From Methanomassiliicoccales archaeon (GTDB taxonomy: Archaea; Thermoplasmatota; Thermoplasmata; Methanomassiliicoccales; JACIVX01), in the NCBI GenBank assembly GCA_014361295.1, contig JACIVX010000001.1, forward strand, positions 319,924 through 383,923: a stretch of 64,000 nt of DNA. The letters run 5' to 3'. The notes under the pieces were generated by a model. It was not told where the DNA came from. It made no database searches and worked only from the letters and a program-made list of their open reading frames with translations. Of this stretch, positions 20,082 through 30,602 are shown piece after piece. Position numbers and translations under genes: made by a program. Every line of letters starts with the position of its first letter. Position 1 is the first letter of the stretch.

Positions 20082-22214
20082 TCATTTCTCGATGCCAGTA
20101 ACATCTTTTCTTTTCCCAACAAGATCTAAAACTGCAATTAGATCCGTTGTTGGAGCAAAGCAAGACTTTTCTGAACAGACATGAACTGTTGTTTTGTTTC
20201 CAAGCAAGATAGCATCTCTCACTGCCGGGATCATTTCTGCCAATTCATCGCGCAATGGTGTACGTGAATAGCAGTAAAGAATATCGACATTCGGCAGGAA
20301 TTCTTTCTTGAGCATTGTAATGATTCTTTCAGACTGAGATGCATCTTTTTCAGATTCGATGATCATAACTCTGAACCGCGGCCCTAAAAGCAATTCCAAG
20401 GCAGAAAGCATCATGGAAAAGCCATCAGGTGCAGTCATAATCTGCGATGAAAACGCTGAGATGGTGCGCCTCGCAAGCTCTGCATATTCATCATTATCCA
20501 ACAATTGTGCGAGCTTCAGAAGAACGAATGATGCAACAGAATTTCCAGATGGAATTGATCCATCGTATCCTTCCTTCTGTCTTACAATGATATTCGGCGC
20601 ATGAGCTATAGTCGTAAAAAATCCGCCATTTTCTTCGTCCCAGAAGAGATTTTTCATTTCCCTTGCGAGGTTATTTGCCAATCTCAAAAATCGTGGTTCG
20701 AAAGTGAGTTCATACAATTCGACGAGCGCCCATGTGAAGAATGCATAATCATCGAGGAAGCACACGTCTGACAGCAAGCCTTTGACATATGAGTGATGTA
20801 ACCTACCATCGCCATCGATCATTCTTTTGATGATAAATTCAGCCGCTTCCTTGGCTACGGATCCCATTGTTTCATCGCCGAAGATTGATGCGGCCCTAGC
20901 CAGTGCGACGATCATTAGAGCGTTCCAATCGGCGAGGATTTTTTCATCTTTCTTCGGTCTTACTCTCTTGCTTCTCTCTTCAAGAAGTCTTTGACGGGCA
21001 CTTTCGAAAATTCTATTGAATTCCTCAGGTGTGATATTCAAAGAGATGGCCGCTCTATCAAAAGGCTCAATCATGTAAAGAATATTCGCACCAGCAATCA
21101 TTTCGCTATCATGCAAAGTAAAGTTACCTTCGTTCGAAATGTCGAAAATTCGCTTGAGGATGGTGAGTTCCTCTTCGCCAAGTATCCGCTCTATCTCTTC
21201 CAGTCTCCATAGATAAAAACCACCTTCGATGCCGTTACTATCTGCGTCCTCCGATGAAAAAAATGCACCATCCGGCGAACGTAATTCTCTAACCACGTAA
21301 TCTAAAATTTCTTTAGCGGTTCTTTCGAATTCCTTTTCCCCTGTAATCTGAAACGCTTCTAGATAGGTAAGCGCAAGTAATGCCTGATCATACAACATCT
21401 TTTCAAAATGAGGAATTCGCCATTTTCTATCTGTTGAATACCTATGAAATCCAAAGCCGAGATGATCGTACAATCCGCCGTATCTCATATTCTTGAGCGT
21501 CTTACGAACCATTTCTAACGCTTCTTTTTCTCCGGTCCTTACGTAATAACGCATGAGGAACATCAATTTGTGAGGGGTAGGAAATTTTGGGGCTGTTCCA
21601 AATCCTCCATACTCATCGTCGAATGAGATCTGAAACGATTCGTATGCCTCGTGAAGCACGTTTTCGGAGAGATCCAATGGCGGCACCCCTCTCGAAACGG
21701 TCTTCAGCATATCCACAAGCATATCGCCGACTTCTTCGGCCCTATTTCTTTCCGTTTCCCAGACTCGGTTAAGCGCAGGGATCAAGTCTTTTAAACCGAT
21801 TCGCCCGTACGCACTTTCCTTTGGAATGTATGTTGCGGCAAAAAAAGGCTTGAGGTCTGGAGTCATAACGATGGTGAGAGGCCAACCACCACCTCCTCCC
21901 ATCAATTGACATGCACTCATGTAGATGTTATCGATATCTGGTCGCTCCTCCCTGTCAACCTTAACGCAAACGAATGAATCATTCATCAATTGAGCGATCT
22001 CGATGTCTTCGAATGACTCCTTTTCCATTACGTGACACCAGTGACAAGCGCTGTATCCTATAGAGAGAAAAATCGGTTTGTTTTCCATCCGCGCTCTCTC
22101 AAAAGCCTCATCACCCCATGGATACCAATCAACGGGATTGGTCGCATGGCGTCTTAGATATGGACTGCTCGATCCTGCTAAGCGATTAAGTTTTTGTTGA
22201 TTCTTCTCCATCAT
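20082..22214 (-). CDS. Thioredoxin-domain protein of the YyaL/DUF255 family (thioredoxin plus six-hairpin glycosidase-like)
   Basis: [54 protein letters not shown]. The start was set at the MMEKNQQ Met (about 22214) instead of 22364 to limit overlap with iscU. Confidence 0.8.
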   Translation of the reverse strand: MMEKNQQKLNRLAGSSSPYLRRHATNPVDWYPWGDEAFERARMENKPIFLSIGYSACHWCHVMEKESFEDIEIAQLMNDSFVCVKVDREERPDIDNIYMSACQLMGGGGGWPLTIVMTPDLKPFFAATYIPKESAYGRIGLKDLIPALNRVWETERNRAEEVGDMLVDMLKTVSRGVPPLDLSENVLHEAYESFQISFDDEYGGFGTAPKFPTPHKLMFLMRYYVRTGEKEALEMVRKTLKNMRYGGLYDHLGFGFHRYSTDRKWRIPHFEKMLYDQALLALTYLEAFQITGEKEFERTAKEILDYVVRELRSPDGAFFSSEDADSNGIEGGFYLWRLEEIERILGEEELTILKRIFDISNEGNFTLHDSEMIAGANILYMIEPFDRAAISLNITPEEFNRIFESARQRLLEERSKRVRPKKDEKILADWNALMIVALARAASIFGDETMGSVAKEAAEFIIKRMIDGDGRLHHSYVKGLLSDVCFLDDYAFFTWALVELYELTFEPRFLRLANNLAREMKNLFWDEENGGFFTTIAHAPNIIVRQKEGYDGSIPSGNSVASFVLLKLAQLLDNDEYAELARRTISAFSSQIMTAPDGFSMMLSALELLLGPRFRVMIIESEKDASQSERIITMLKKEFLPNVDILYCYSRTPLRDELAEMIPAVRDAILLGNKTTVHVCSEKSCFAPTTDLIAVLDLVGKRKDVTGIEK

Positions 22215-22623
22215 GTAAGCCTTCTTCTCTGCGTTCATCATCCCCTTCGAGCGCTTTGCCCTGTCTCTTGTAGTAATCTTTAATTGCAGCGTGTAATGCA
22301 TCTGCTGCCAAATTCGAACAGTGCATTTTGATCGGCGGAAGCCCCTCAAGTGCGTCTGCGACATCCCCTCTCGTGATCTTGAGTGCTTCTTCGAGTGTTT
22401 TCCCTTTGGCCAGTTCTGTGATCATACTACTCGTTGCAATTGCAGCTCCGCAGCCGAAGGTTCTGAATTTTACGTCGGTGAGAATACCATTTTCGACCTT
22501 TATCTGAATTTCCATTAGATCTCCGCACACCGGATTTCCAACGCGCCCAACTCCATCCGGATTCTCAATCGTCCCAACGTTTCTTGGGTTTCTAAAATGT
22601 TCCATACATTTTTGACTATACAT
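22186..22623 (-). CDS. iscU: Fe-S cluster assembly scaffold IscU/NifU-like
   Basis: HFRNPRNVG...[15 protein letters not shown]...[11 protein letters not shown]...[11 protein letters not shown], i.e. the three conserved Cys. Confidence 0.85.
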   Translation of the reverse strand: MYSQKCMEHFRNPRNVGTIENPDGVGRVGNPVCGDLMEIQIKVENGILTDVKFRTFGCGAAIATSSMITELAKGKTLEEALKITRGDVADALEGLPPIKMHCSNLAADALHAAIKDYYKRQGKALEGDDERREEGLHDGEESTKT

Positions 22624-22625
22624 CT

Positions 22626-23798
22626 TTATACCTCCTCTTGGGGAACCAATGGAGACAGTTTTCTCAGGAAATCGACTGCCGGTGGTACCTTTTCAATAAC
22701 ATATTCGACATCTTCATCTCGCGTCCATCGACCCATCGTCAACAACAAGCTTCCTTGGGCATCTGCCGCTGGAATGCCCATCGCCAGCAGCACATGCGAG
22801 GGTTCGAGGGTCTTCGAGGTGCAGGCGGAGCTCGTAGCGGTAGCGATTCCAAAGTCGCTGAGACGCAGCACAAGAGACTCACCTTCAATATATTTGAATC
22901 TGAAATTCGCATTATTGGGTATTCTTCTTGATGGATGTCCGTTAAGCCATGCTTTCTCGGTTTTTTCAAGAATTCCCTTAATCAGTTTATCTCTGAGCTG
23001 TGTCAATCGACTCGCTTCTACCTCCATTTCCTTCACTGCAATCTCCGCCGCTTTCCCAAATCCGACGATGCCAGAGAGGTTCTCAGATCCCGATCTCAAC
23101 CCTCGTTCCTGACCGCCCCCATGAATAATCGGTTCAATCTTTGTCCCTTTTCTAATATAGAGGGCGCCAACTCCTTTCGGACCATAAAGATCATTGGAGG
23201 AAAGTGATAAGAGATCGATATGATCCTTGCGCACATCGATGTTCAGTTTCCCAACGGCCGCTACTGCGTCAACATGAAAACTGATGCCTTGGTCTCTTGC
23301 AATTTTACCGATTTCACCAACATTCTGAATAGTTCCGACTTCGCCATTAGCATAACTAATCGAAATGAGTATTGTTTCTTTTGTGATTGCGTCGTTAACA
23401 GCAACAGGATCGACAAATCCAAATTCATCAACCGGTAGATATGTAATCTTGAATCCTCTAGTAGAGAGAAATTTCACAGTATTCATTGTCGATATGTGTT
23501 CTATCGTGCTTGTTATAATATGTTTTCCTTTATCGGATTGGCGAAACGCGATTCCTTTAATTGCGAGATTGATTGATTCGGTTGCACCAGATGTAAAGAT
23601 GATTTCCTCAGCACGTTCCGCATTAATCAAACTCGCGATTTTTCTCCTAGCATCTTCGATTGCCTCGAATGACTCTCTACCGATTTGGTGAACTGATGAA
23701 GGGTTGCCGTGTTTTTCAGAAAAATATGGCATCATAGCTTCAATGACACGGGGATCTACTGGTGATGAACTCGCATAATCCATGTAGACTACATTCAA
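22626..23798 (-). CDS. iscS: Cysteine desulfurase (IscS/NifS, class V aminotransferase fold)
   Basis: MDYASSSPVDPRV...HKxxGPKG PLP-lysine region and SSACTS active-site Cys region are present. Confidence 0.9.
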   Translation of the reverse strand: MNVVYMDYASSSPVDPRVIEAMMPYFSEKHGNPSSVHQIGRESFEAIEDARRKIASLINAERAEEIIFTSGATESINLAIKGIAFRQSDKGKHIITSTIEHISTMNTVKFLSTRGFKITYLPVDEFGFVDPVAVNDAITKETILISISYANGEVGTIQNVGEIGKIARDQGISFHVDAVAAVGKLNIDVRKDHIDLLSLSSNDLYGPKGVGALYIRKGTKIEPIIHGGGQERGLRSGSENLSGIVGFGKAAEIAVKEMEVEASRLTQLRDKLIKGILEKTEKAWLNGHPSRRIPNNANFRFKYIEGESLVLRLSDFGIATATSSACTSKTLEPSHVLLAMGIPAADAQGSLLLTMGRWTRDEDVEYVIEKVPPAVDFLRKLSPLVPQEEV

Positions 23799-23809
23799 GG
23801 CAAAACCTC

Positions 23810-24190
23810 TCAGAATGTGATAACAGCATCCGCTTCCAACAGAAGATCGTTGAGTGTAGCCGCACCTACGACCTTCGCGTACTCAACGAAATCTCCTCTT
23901 GATAGACCGAGAAGCTGCGTACTCTGATCACAGACGAACATTTTTACGCCACTTTTATGGGCTTGATCCATGACTTCTTTCAATGATGGAAAATCTCCAA
24001 TCTTAATTTTCTCAGCTTCTCCTTTCTTCACACTCTCAACACCCTTGATCAAGAAATAGATCGTTGTGTCGATGTCCATTGCGGCAGCTGTTGTGGCTAG
24101 TATGAAGGGTGCATAAAGCCTTTCCGGTCTATCTATTCCCGATGTCTGCACATATAATATCTTTTTGTTAGTAACCATCTTAGTAACCAT
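23810..24190 (-). CDS. DsrE/DsrF-like sulfur relay protein
   Basis: About 120 aa DsrE/F fold (ILYVQTSG...MFVCDQS) with the conserved Cys of the DsrE family. Confidence 0.65.
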   Translation of the reverse strand: MVTKMVTNKKILYVQTSGIDRPERLYAPFILATTAAAMDIDTTIYFLIKGVESVKKGEAEKIKIGDFPSLKEVMDQAHKSGVKMFVCDQSTQLLGLSRGDFVEYAKVVGAATLNDLLLEADAVITF

Positions 24191-24205
24191 CCACGCACGC
24201 TCCTT

Positions 24206-24466
24206 CTATTTTTTTCTAACGAGAATCCTCAAAACACTGTCTCTCCTTTCGAGGCACACAATTTCGTTTCCTGTTCTCTTGCTCCACCTTGAAATGTCTT
24301 CTTCTACAGCAGGATCGTCTGCCAAGATTTCCAAAATCTGTCCGCTCGTCAATTCTTCGATTTCCTCTCTTGTCTTCAGGATAGGGACTGGACAATAGAG
24401 GCCTATACAGTCAACCGTCTTATCGACCTTAAACTTACCTGCGTCTTTACCAGAAGTAGTTGTCAT
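24206..24466 (-). CDS. tusA: TusA-like sulfurtransferase
   Basis: CPVP motif (VDCIGLYCPVPILKT) in an 86-aa protein. Confidence 0.8.
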   Translation of the reverse strand: MTTTSGKDAGKFKVDKTVDCIGLYCPVPILKTREEIEELTSGQILEILADDPAVEEDISRWSKRTGNEIVCLERRDSVLRILVRKK

Positions 24467-24606
24467 TTCTCCTCAATTAACTATCGTTTAAATTAAGCAT
24501 GGCATTTATTATTAATTTCCCGAACATTTTCGGTCCACAGCAATTTGAGAATTGCTCTTTGAAATTTCTCAAAGCTGACTATAAGGATTTCTGACAGCAA
24601 ATCTAA

Positions 24607-25122
24607 TCAGTATTTGTTATATGATACAAGTTCGTCCAGATTTTTCCTTTCAGTTTTTTCACCTTCTTCTGCAGGATATCCCAGCGGGGTTAACGCGACC
24701 ACTCTAGCCTCTGGAGGTGCACCAATCGCTTCTGCCACCTTTTCTTCCTTAAATGACCCGATCCAACAAGTCCCGAGACCTTCCGCAGTTGCAGCTAGGG
24801 TGAGATGGGTCATTGCGATCGCGACATCAACGGGGTAGCTATTCATGTATCCACCGAGCATTGGATAAGCTTCGTCTGGGAGACCGCATGCAACGAGAAC
24901 GAGCGGAGCTTCTGCAATAAATTTTTGATTATTACAAGCCGATACCAGTTTTCTTTTTATATCCTCATCTGTTACAACGACGATCCTCCATGGCTGAAAA
25001 TTCTCGGTAGTTGGTGCCAACCTCGCTGCATTGAGGACTCTTTTGAGGACATCCTCTGGAACAATATCACCTCTGTATTTCCTTATACTTCGTCTCATTT
25101 TGATCGCTTCATACACATCCAC
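24607..25122 (-). CDS. Nitroreductase family protein
   Basis: RRSIRKY...LAPTTENFQPWR...VVV, 171 aa. Confidence 0.8.
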   Translation of the reverse strand: MDVYEAIKMRRSIRKYRGDIVPEDVLKRVLNAARLAPTTENFQPWRIVVVTDEDIKRKLVSACNNQKFIAEAPLVLVACGLPDEAYPMLGGYMNSYPVDVAIAMTHLTLAATAEGLGTCWIGSFKEEKVAEAIGAPPEARVVALTPLGYPAEEGEKTERKNLDELVSYNKY

Positions 25123-25460
25123 GGAAAATCACTCCCTATCATGCGCAGATTACCTCACAAAACCTCTCCGCACCAATAATGCTTGGATCAAAAATAGTGA
25201 TAAAAACCAATTTATCTAGAAATTTCTCGGAAAACTTTGTTGATACGCCTTTCTGCTGTTTAGGGAAGACTAACACTGTAGTTCGGAATCAGAATTTGGA
25301 ATAATAATTTTTTCGATTAACCAATTGTTCCTGCATTTGATGATAGGAGAATTGCGGGTCGTCTGGGATTAATGAAAACCCTTTGAAAATCTATCACTTA
25401 AAAGTATAAGAAGAGATGATAAAAAAGGATAAAAAAAACAGCCTTTGCCTTCTGATATGA

Positions 25461-27146
25461 TTAGTGTCGCATCGCTTGGGCGCTAATTCTGATCATATCT
25501 TTGGTGCTTACATCCTCCCAGTTCTCAAGTATCATCGGGATGACTCTTTCGGCCATTCCTTCGAGTGTTTCGATACCAGTGACTTTCGTGGCCTTCTCCG
25601 TCAACGAGACGATGTCGTCTCTGCTCAGATACTGAAGTTTGAATTTCCTTGAGCCCGCCATCAGCTGTTTCAGTCCTTCACCCAATCTGTCTACGAAATA
25701 CGTATATAGTCCGACGGCACCCCATGGGATATCTTTGCCTAGCTTGAGATCAGGGAACTTCCTTTCAATATCTCGAGCGGCAATGAAAAAGTTTTCTGGG
25801 TTATCACCGTATTCTTCAGCGAAATTCTTCGGCAACTTCTTCAATTCCGCAAGGCGCGTGAAATAATTCGACTTCATGACGGCAAGCAGTGGAGCTCGTG
25901 CCATTGCGATCGCCTTTACAACAGGTCCGTCGCCAAGATTGCTCATCGCAATTGACTTGAAAATCTGGGTCTCGTTGACAAATCCGCCCGCGATGGCGAT
26001 GTCAGGAACAAATCTGCCCTGCTCCTTGAGAATCTGAACGCACTTGAGAACCTGAGCTTCCAGGTGAATTGTAGGAGTGCTTGACTCATTCATCATCGGA
26101 ACAGGACTCATCCCTGTACCCCCACCAGCACCGTCGAATGTGATCAGATCGATCTTTGCCTCAGATGCGGCTTTCATCGTGAATGCGACAACCTCTGGTC
26201 TGTAAGCTCCGGTCTTCAAAAACACATACTTTGCGCCCTTCTCTCTCAGCTTTTCAACGTCCTCAACGAACGCCCTTGCATCGGGAAATCCCACTCTGCT
26301 GTGTCTTTCAAACGTCTTGAAAGCACCGGATTTGAAAGCTTCCTGCACGGCCTTATCCTCTGGGTCAGGAACAACAATGTAGCCTCTTTTCTTGAGTTCG
26401 ATTGCTCGCTCGATCGACGAGAGCCTCACCTCACCACCGATAGACTTTGCGCCCTGACCCCATTTTCTCTCAATGACATTAACTTCAAGCTTTGAGAGCG
26501 CGTAGTCATCGACGCCCCCCCTCTGGTCTTCCACATTCGTCTGCACCGCGATTTCTCCATGTTTGCCGTCCCAAAGCTCCCTATATGCTTTCACTCTGTT
26601 ACTAAGATCGGGCGATTCAACAACCTTCCCATTGGCGTAGGTCGCTTCGGGATCCATGCCACACACGTTTTCCCCTATAACAAGTATGGTACCAGAGAGT
26701 GCAGCGCCCTTTGCAAGGCCGTCCCAGTTTCTCTTTGCGACAGCTGTTGACCCGAGTCCTGCGATTGTAACTGGTATCTTCAACTTGATCGGTTTCTTGG
26801 AATGCGTGGCAACAGCGGTCGAAACATCCGCGTTCTCAAAGAATGCCTTGTCCGGTATGGGATCAATTCCCCAGGCACCAATGAGCTCTGATAATATTTG
26901 AAAATGCGACCAGTCGAGCATAAAATCCTTGTTCGAAGCCGCCGTACTGACGCCGAAGTACTCAGGACTCGGATAGAGCACTTCTCTGCCTCTAAAGGCC
27001 GATTTTCCAACCTCGCAAAGAGTCTGGCATTCTTCGATGCATAATGGACACATTCCACTTAACGGGCTCACATCGGAAACACGTGTTCGTGTTCCAGTCG
27101 TCGATCTAGCATTTTCGATCACGCTCAAGCTTTCACCTCTGATCAA
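25461..27146 (-). CDS. Glutamate synthase (GltB) FMN-binding-domain family protein, archaeal stand-alone form
   Basis: N-terminal Cys cluster CPLCIEECQTLC, then a Glu_synthase central domain (GAGGGTGMSPV...IAGGF). The true start could be the internal MCPLC Met. Confidence 0.8.
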   Translation of the reverse strand: MIRGESLSVIENARSTTGTRTRVSDVSPLSGMCPLCIEECQTLCEVGKSAFRGREVLYPSPEYFGVSTAASNKDFMLDWSHFQILSELIGAWGIDPIPDKAFFENADVSTAVATHSKKPIKLKIPVTIAGLGSTAVAKRNWDGLAKGAALSGTILVIGENVCGMDPEATYANGKVVESPDLSNRVKAYRELWDGKHGEIAVQTNVEDQRGGVDDYALSKLEVNVIERKWGQGAKSIGGEVRLSSIERAIELKKRGYIVVPDPEDKAVQEAFKSGAFKTFERHSRVGFPDARAFVEDVEKLREKGAKYVFLKTGAYRPEVVAFTMKAASEAKIDLITFDGAGGGTGMSPVPMMNESSTPTIHLEAQVLKCVQILKEQGRFVPDIAIAGGFVNETQIFKSIAMSNLGDGPVVKAIAMARAPLLAVMKSNYFTRLAELKKLPKNFAEEYGDNPENFFIAARDIERKFPDLKLGKDIPWGAVGLYTYFVDRLGEGLKQLMAGSRKFKLQYLSRDDIVSLTEKATKVTGIETLEGMAERVIPMILENWEDVSTKDMIRISAQAMRH

Positions 27147-27449
27147 TCACCGTGTCATGTTTTATCATATCAATGATATGGGAACGGAAAATATCGTAAT
27201 CATATTTGTAGATTTTGAAGGGGGATAGTTAAGGAAGGGTGAAAGAATTCGATTTCTTGCGGTTTTTTTGAATTTTTTCGAATTCGAAGGTTAAAGAGAA
27301 GTTTCATTGAAAAGTAATAGAAGGAAATTCAAACAACTATACCCCTTATGATTATTTTTTTTATTCCTATCAAATTGAAATTCGATCTCCGTAGGCGTAA
27401 CCGAAAAAGACAAATTCGCCATCTCAATCATCAATTTGATCAGATTATG

Positions 27450-28253
27450 ACGATTCTTACAGATCAGAATTACAGCTGGCTCCCAACAGAGCGAACATGT
27501 TCTTGCAAGCCGACGCGATTGAACTGTCTCAGTCGTAAAGAAATAAGTCAGCTTGGCTCAACTGTTCTTAATGTGAACAAGAGACATGTCTGGAAGGATT
27601 CTCATCCGGCACGATTCATCCCTGAACTCCCAGAAAAATACATCAAATTGTTTTCCCATGCCGGGGAAACGGTTCTTGATCCTTTCTGCGGATCTGGAAC
27701 CACGAATGTCGTCGCACTCCAATTGGGGCGAAACAGCATCGGTATTGATATCAACCCGTTTTCTGTAATGACTACAATTGAACGTCTAAGGGAAGCCCAA
27801 AAGAATTCATCGATTGATACCATCCATATGGTTCTTGAAGGCGATTGCAGAAAGACTATGGAAGAAATGCCTGAGGAATCGATCGATCTTATTGTAACAT
27901 CTCCTCCTTATTTTGATGTCGTGAATTATAATCATGAGCATCCTAATCAGCTAGGGAATATTCACGACTATGCAAAATTCCTCAGTGAGATGGAGAAGGC
28001 ATTTGAAGGAATGATGCGCGTCTTAAAACCCGGAAAATACGCGATCGTGAACACACAAGACCTTTTTAAAAAGGATGCTAAATGTCCGATCCATTCAGAT
28101 TATATACAGATTGCAAGAAAAATTGGTTTTGAACTCATTAACATAAACATTTACATTCTCAACTACAGCACTGGTGGTCGCCTTGTGTATGGTTACCCCG
28201 TTGCGTATTTTCCGAAAAACGATCATGAATACATACTAATCTTTAAAAAATAA
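27450..28253 (+). CDS. SAM-dependent methyltransferase with DPFxGSGTT (motif I) and SPPY (motif IV). Orphan N6-adenine/N4-cytosine DNA methyltransferase-like.
   Basis: HPARFIPELPEKYIKLFSHAGETVLDPFCGSGTT...GID, then IHMVLEGDCRKTMEEMPEESIDLIVTSPPYFDV. Motif I precedes motif IV, which is permuted relative to beta-class MTases. No restriction-endonuclease gene is adjacent. An upstream extension to 27348 is possible. Confidence 0.7.
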   Translation, partial: TILTDQNYSWLPTERTCSCKPTRLNCLSRKEISQLGSTVLNVNKRHVWKDSHPARFIPELPEKYIKLFSHAGETVLDPFCGSGTTNVVALQLGRNSIGIDINPFSVMTTIERLREAQKNSSIDTIHMVLEGDCRKTMEEMPEESIDLIVTSPPYFDVVNYNHEHPNQLGNIHDYAKFLSEMEKAFEGMMRVLKPGKYAIVNTQDLFKKDAKCPIHSDYIQIARKIGFELININIYILNYSTGGRLVYGYPVAYFPKNDHEYILIFKK

Positions 28254-28440
28254 ATCATGACCTATGCACAGCGCTAAGTCCGCTCACAAAATGATGAAAA
28301 GACGAAATGGACCCAACTCTGGTTTATGGAAGCCTGTACTTCCTTTATCCGATTTCCATTCTTGCATAATGAGTTTTTATGATGTGCTTAAAGAATCACA
28401 AACGATCTCGTGCAGTTGCTAAATGTTTATAACCCACACA

Positions 28441-28569
28441 AGATTCAAAATTGCAAAAGGATTGCTCGGCCATACGCCGAAATATGATCCGAAAGCTGGC
28501 TTGAGAGAAACAGTGGCTTGGTATCATGAGAACGGGTTTTACAATGAATTGATGACCAATTTCCCATAG
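28441..28569 (+). pseudogene. 3'-terminal remnant of an NAD-dependent epimerase/dehydratase gene
   Basis: In-frame translation RFKIAKGLLGHTPKYDPKAGLRETVAWYHENGFYNELMTNFP* matches the characteristic C-terminus of UDP-glucose 4-epimerase / dTDP-glucose dehydratase family proteins. Upstream frames are interrupted by stops, and no intact N-terminal part exists. Confidence 0.5.
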
Positions 28570-28726
28570 TCGATTTATATACCTTGGTATTCTTCCAAAA
28601 AATCAAAGTGTTCTAATGGAAAAAGATAATTTTGATTGTGTTTCACAGTTGTTTGAGCTATTGTTTATTACCACGAAATGCCTTTCAAACTTCATCGAAA
28701 CCCAATGAGAAAATCTGACAACATCA

Positions 28727-29713
28727 ATGCGCAAAAACTGGGGAATGAATATGGAAGGGACATCTTCGATCACAAAATGGGAATGGATTAAAAACGTCTT
28801 CCGATTCACGTATACTTTGCCATTTGTTCTTGCCTCGCTTACAGGTGTCTTTACTGCTTTAGTTCATACCTCTCAAATAATAATCGGCGCTTTCATCGTA
28901 CTCGATGTTTTTGTACTCGCCTTATTTGTTAATCTTTCAAATGATTACTTTGATCATAAAAGTGGCGCCGATTCCACAAGATTTTTTTCGAGAGACAAGG
29001 AATTTGAAAGGGGAGCAAGGGAGATACTGAGTAGCAAGTTATACTGGTCAGGAAATGCGTTCGACCTCGGTTATATCACAGAATCCCAGGGGAAAATGCT
29101 GATGGCTGTTCTGGTGGGATTAGCGATCCTCCTCTCAATTCCGATCATCATCTATGGAGGTCTCGTTGTCATTCTTCTCGGTCTCATCGCATTTTTTCTG
29201 AGTTATTTTTATACCGCTCCGCCTCTGAATCTTGGAGCGCGTGGTCTTGGTGAGTTCGACGTTTTTCTTTCATTCTGTATGATTTCTTTCTTTTCCTTTT
29301 TTGTTATCACTGGTTTTTTTAGTCATGATGCCTTCCTCATCGCATTATCGGTCGGTCTCCTTGTAATGAATATGCGAATAGTTGATGAGATGTCGGGGTA
29401 CGAAGCGCATATTGAAGCAGGGGAAAAGGATCTCTGTGTTCGTCTTGGCCTGAAAAACGCGTCAAAGTTGGTAGTTGTCATCATGGTCCTCGTTTATTTC
29501 ATCTCAGCGATTATCGTTGCGCTCTCAAGCATTTTCTACTTATTAGTATTCCTCTCAATTCCTTTTTCATACAAAATCACAAAAACGCTCTTTAATGAGA
29601 GTGATCGTTTCAGATATGTGCGATCCGCCCCTTTAGCATTCAAGTTATCATTTTCATTTCAATTGTTGATAATCATTGCGTCGATAGCGCGAATCTTCGT
29701 GACATCTGGGTAA
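28727..29713 (+). CDS. UbiA-family prenyltransferase
   Basis: NDYFDHKSGAD (the NDxxDxxxD Asp-rich motif) with 8-9 TM helices. Confidence 0.8.
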   Translation: MRKNWGMNMEGTSSITKWEWIKNVFRFTYTLPFVLASLTGVFTALVHTSQIIIGAFIVLDVFVLALFVNLSNDYFDHKSGADSTRFFSRDKEFERGAREILSSKLYWSGNAFDLGYITESQGKMLMAVLVGLAILLSIPIIIYGGLVVILLGLIAFFLSYFYTAPPLNLGARGLGEFDVFLSFCMISFFSFFVITGFFSHDAFLIALSVGLLVMNMRIVDEMSGYEAHIEAGEKDLCVRLGLKNASKLVVVIMVLVYFISAIIVALSSIFYLLVFLSIPFSYKITKTLFNESDRFRYVRSAPLAFKLSFSFQLLIIIASIARIFVTSG

Positions 29714-30602
29714 TAGTTTGCAGATTACCCACGGTGATCAGACGATACTCTCTCACGGCGTTAAAGCCACACTGCTTACACGAAATTGTATTTTGGAGTG
29801 GACATCCAAAATACTTGGAACCATCCGGCAAAACAAACGCCGATACCCAATAAGGGCACTTCTGCGAATAATCCTCCTCGAGCAATTCCTTCAGGGCTCT
29901 GTCAGTATTGAGGATCGGATACCCCTGTCTTTTCATCGTCAAAACGAGATCGACCACCTTTCTCTTCTCTTGAATGTCAAGGGCAATTGAGTTAGGTGGC
30001 GGAGTGAGAAAATTGATCATAATACCACGAATTTTGTGATTTTCGGAAACGAGTTCAATTGTTTCTTTAACAGAATTCACATTCATCTTCGTAATGACCA
30101 TATTGGCGAAAATGTTTGGATGATTTGTTCTTTCCAGGTTCTTCATAAGAGAATCAAATGTTCCGTGTCCGCGGACCTCTTCATGGACCTCTTTGGGCCC
30201 ATCAAGGCTGACTGAAATCACATCGCTTGTCTCAACGATTTCGCGCGTTCCGTTAGTTGTGTAACCAACGACAAAATAGCCAATTTCTTTCCCTGCAGCG
30301 ATAAGGTCTTTCAATTCTTTTGAACCATTCCGCCATAATGTCGGTTCTCCGCCCTCAAAAAACAAAATTCTGGCACCATTTTCATAGTGCTCTTTCATCT
30401 CTCTAACCGCGAGTTCGTAGCTCATCGATTTTGGACCGGGCAGTTCTTCAGCGTGAGCCACTATACTGCAATGTTTGCATCGAAGATTGCATTCATAATT
30501 GATGATCATTGTATTGACGAGTGGCTTTTTTAATCCCAACCTTGACTTTAAAAGCCAGAATCCATAGTAGGCCACTTGGCGGAGCTTCCCGACGCGATTC
30601 AT
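29673..30602 (-). CDS. Radical SAM protein with a C-terminal Cys-rich (SPASM/twitch-like) region
   Basis: CNLRCKHC (CxxxCxxC), the GGEPTL SAM-binding motif, and a C-terminal CPYW...GCPL...CKQCG. Confidence 0.8.
   Translation of the reverse strand: MNRVGKLRQVAYYGFWLLKSRLGLKKPLVNTMIINYECNLRCKHCSIVAHAEELPGPKSMSYELAVREMKEHYENGARILFFEGGEPTLWRNGSKELKDLIAAGKEIGYFVVGYTTNGTREIVETSDVISVSLDGPKEVHEEVRGHGTFDSLMKNLERTNHPNIFANMVITKMNVNSVKETIELVSENHKIRGIMINFLTPPPNSIALDIQEKRKVVDLVLTMKRQGYPILNTDRALKELLEEDYSQKCPYWVSAFVLPDGSKYFGCPLQNTISCKQCGFNAVREYRLITVGNLQTITQMSRRFALSTQ

Noticed and set aside
22215-22364. Upstream extension of the YyaL ORF ([13 protein letters not shown]...)
   Set aside because: It would overlap iscU by about 180 nt. 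YyaL-family proteins normally start about 15 aa before the NRL...PY motif, which the internal Met at about 22214 satisfies.
22597-23112. 171-aa and 97-aa plus-strand ORFs overlapping iscS
   Set aside because: They are antisense to a canonical cysteine desulfurase, and their translations have no family resemblance.
25330-25460. Possible C/D-box sRNA (UGAUGA at about 25335) in the 340-bp intergenic region
   Set aside because: No properly spaced D'/C'/D boxes (CUGA) lie within 50-70 nt. The UGAUGA is most likely a chance match in an AT-rich promoter region.
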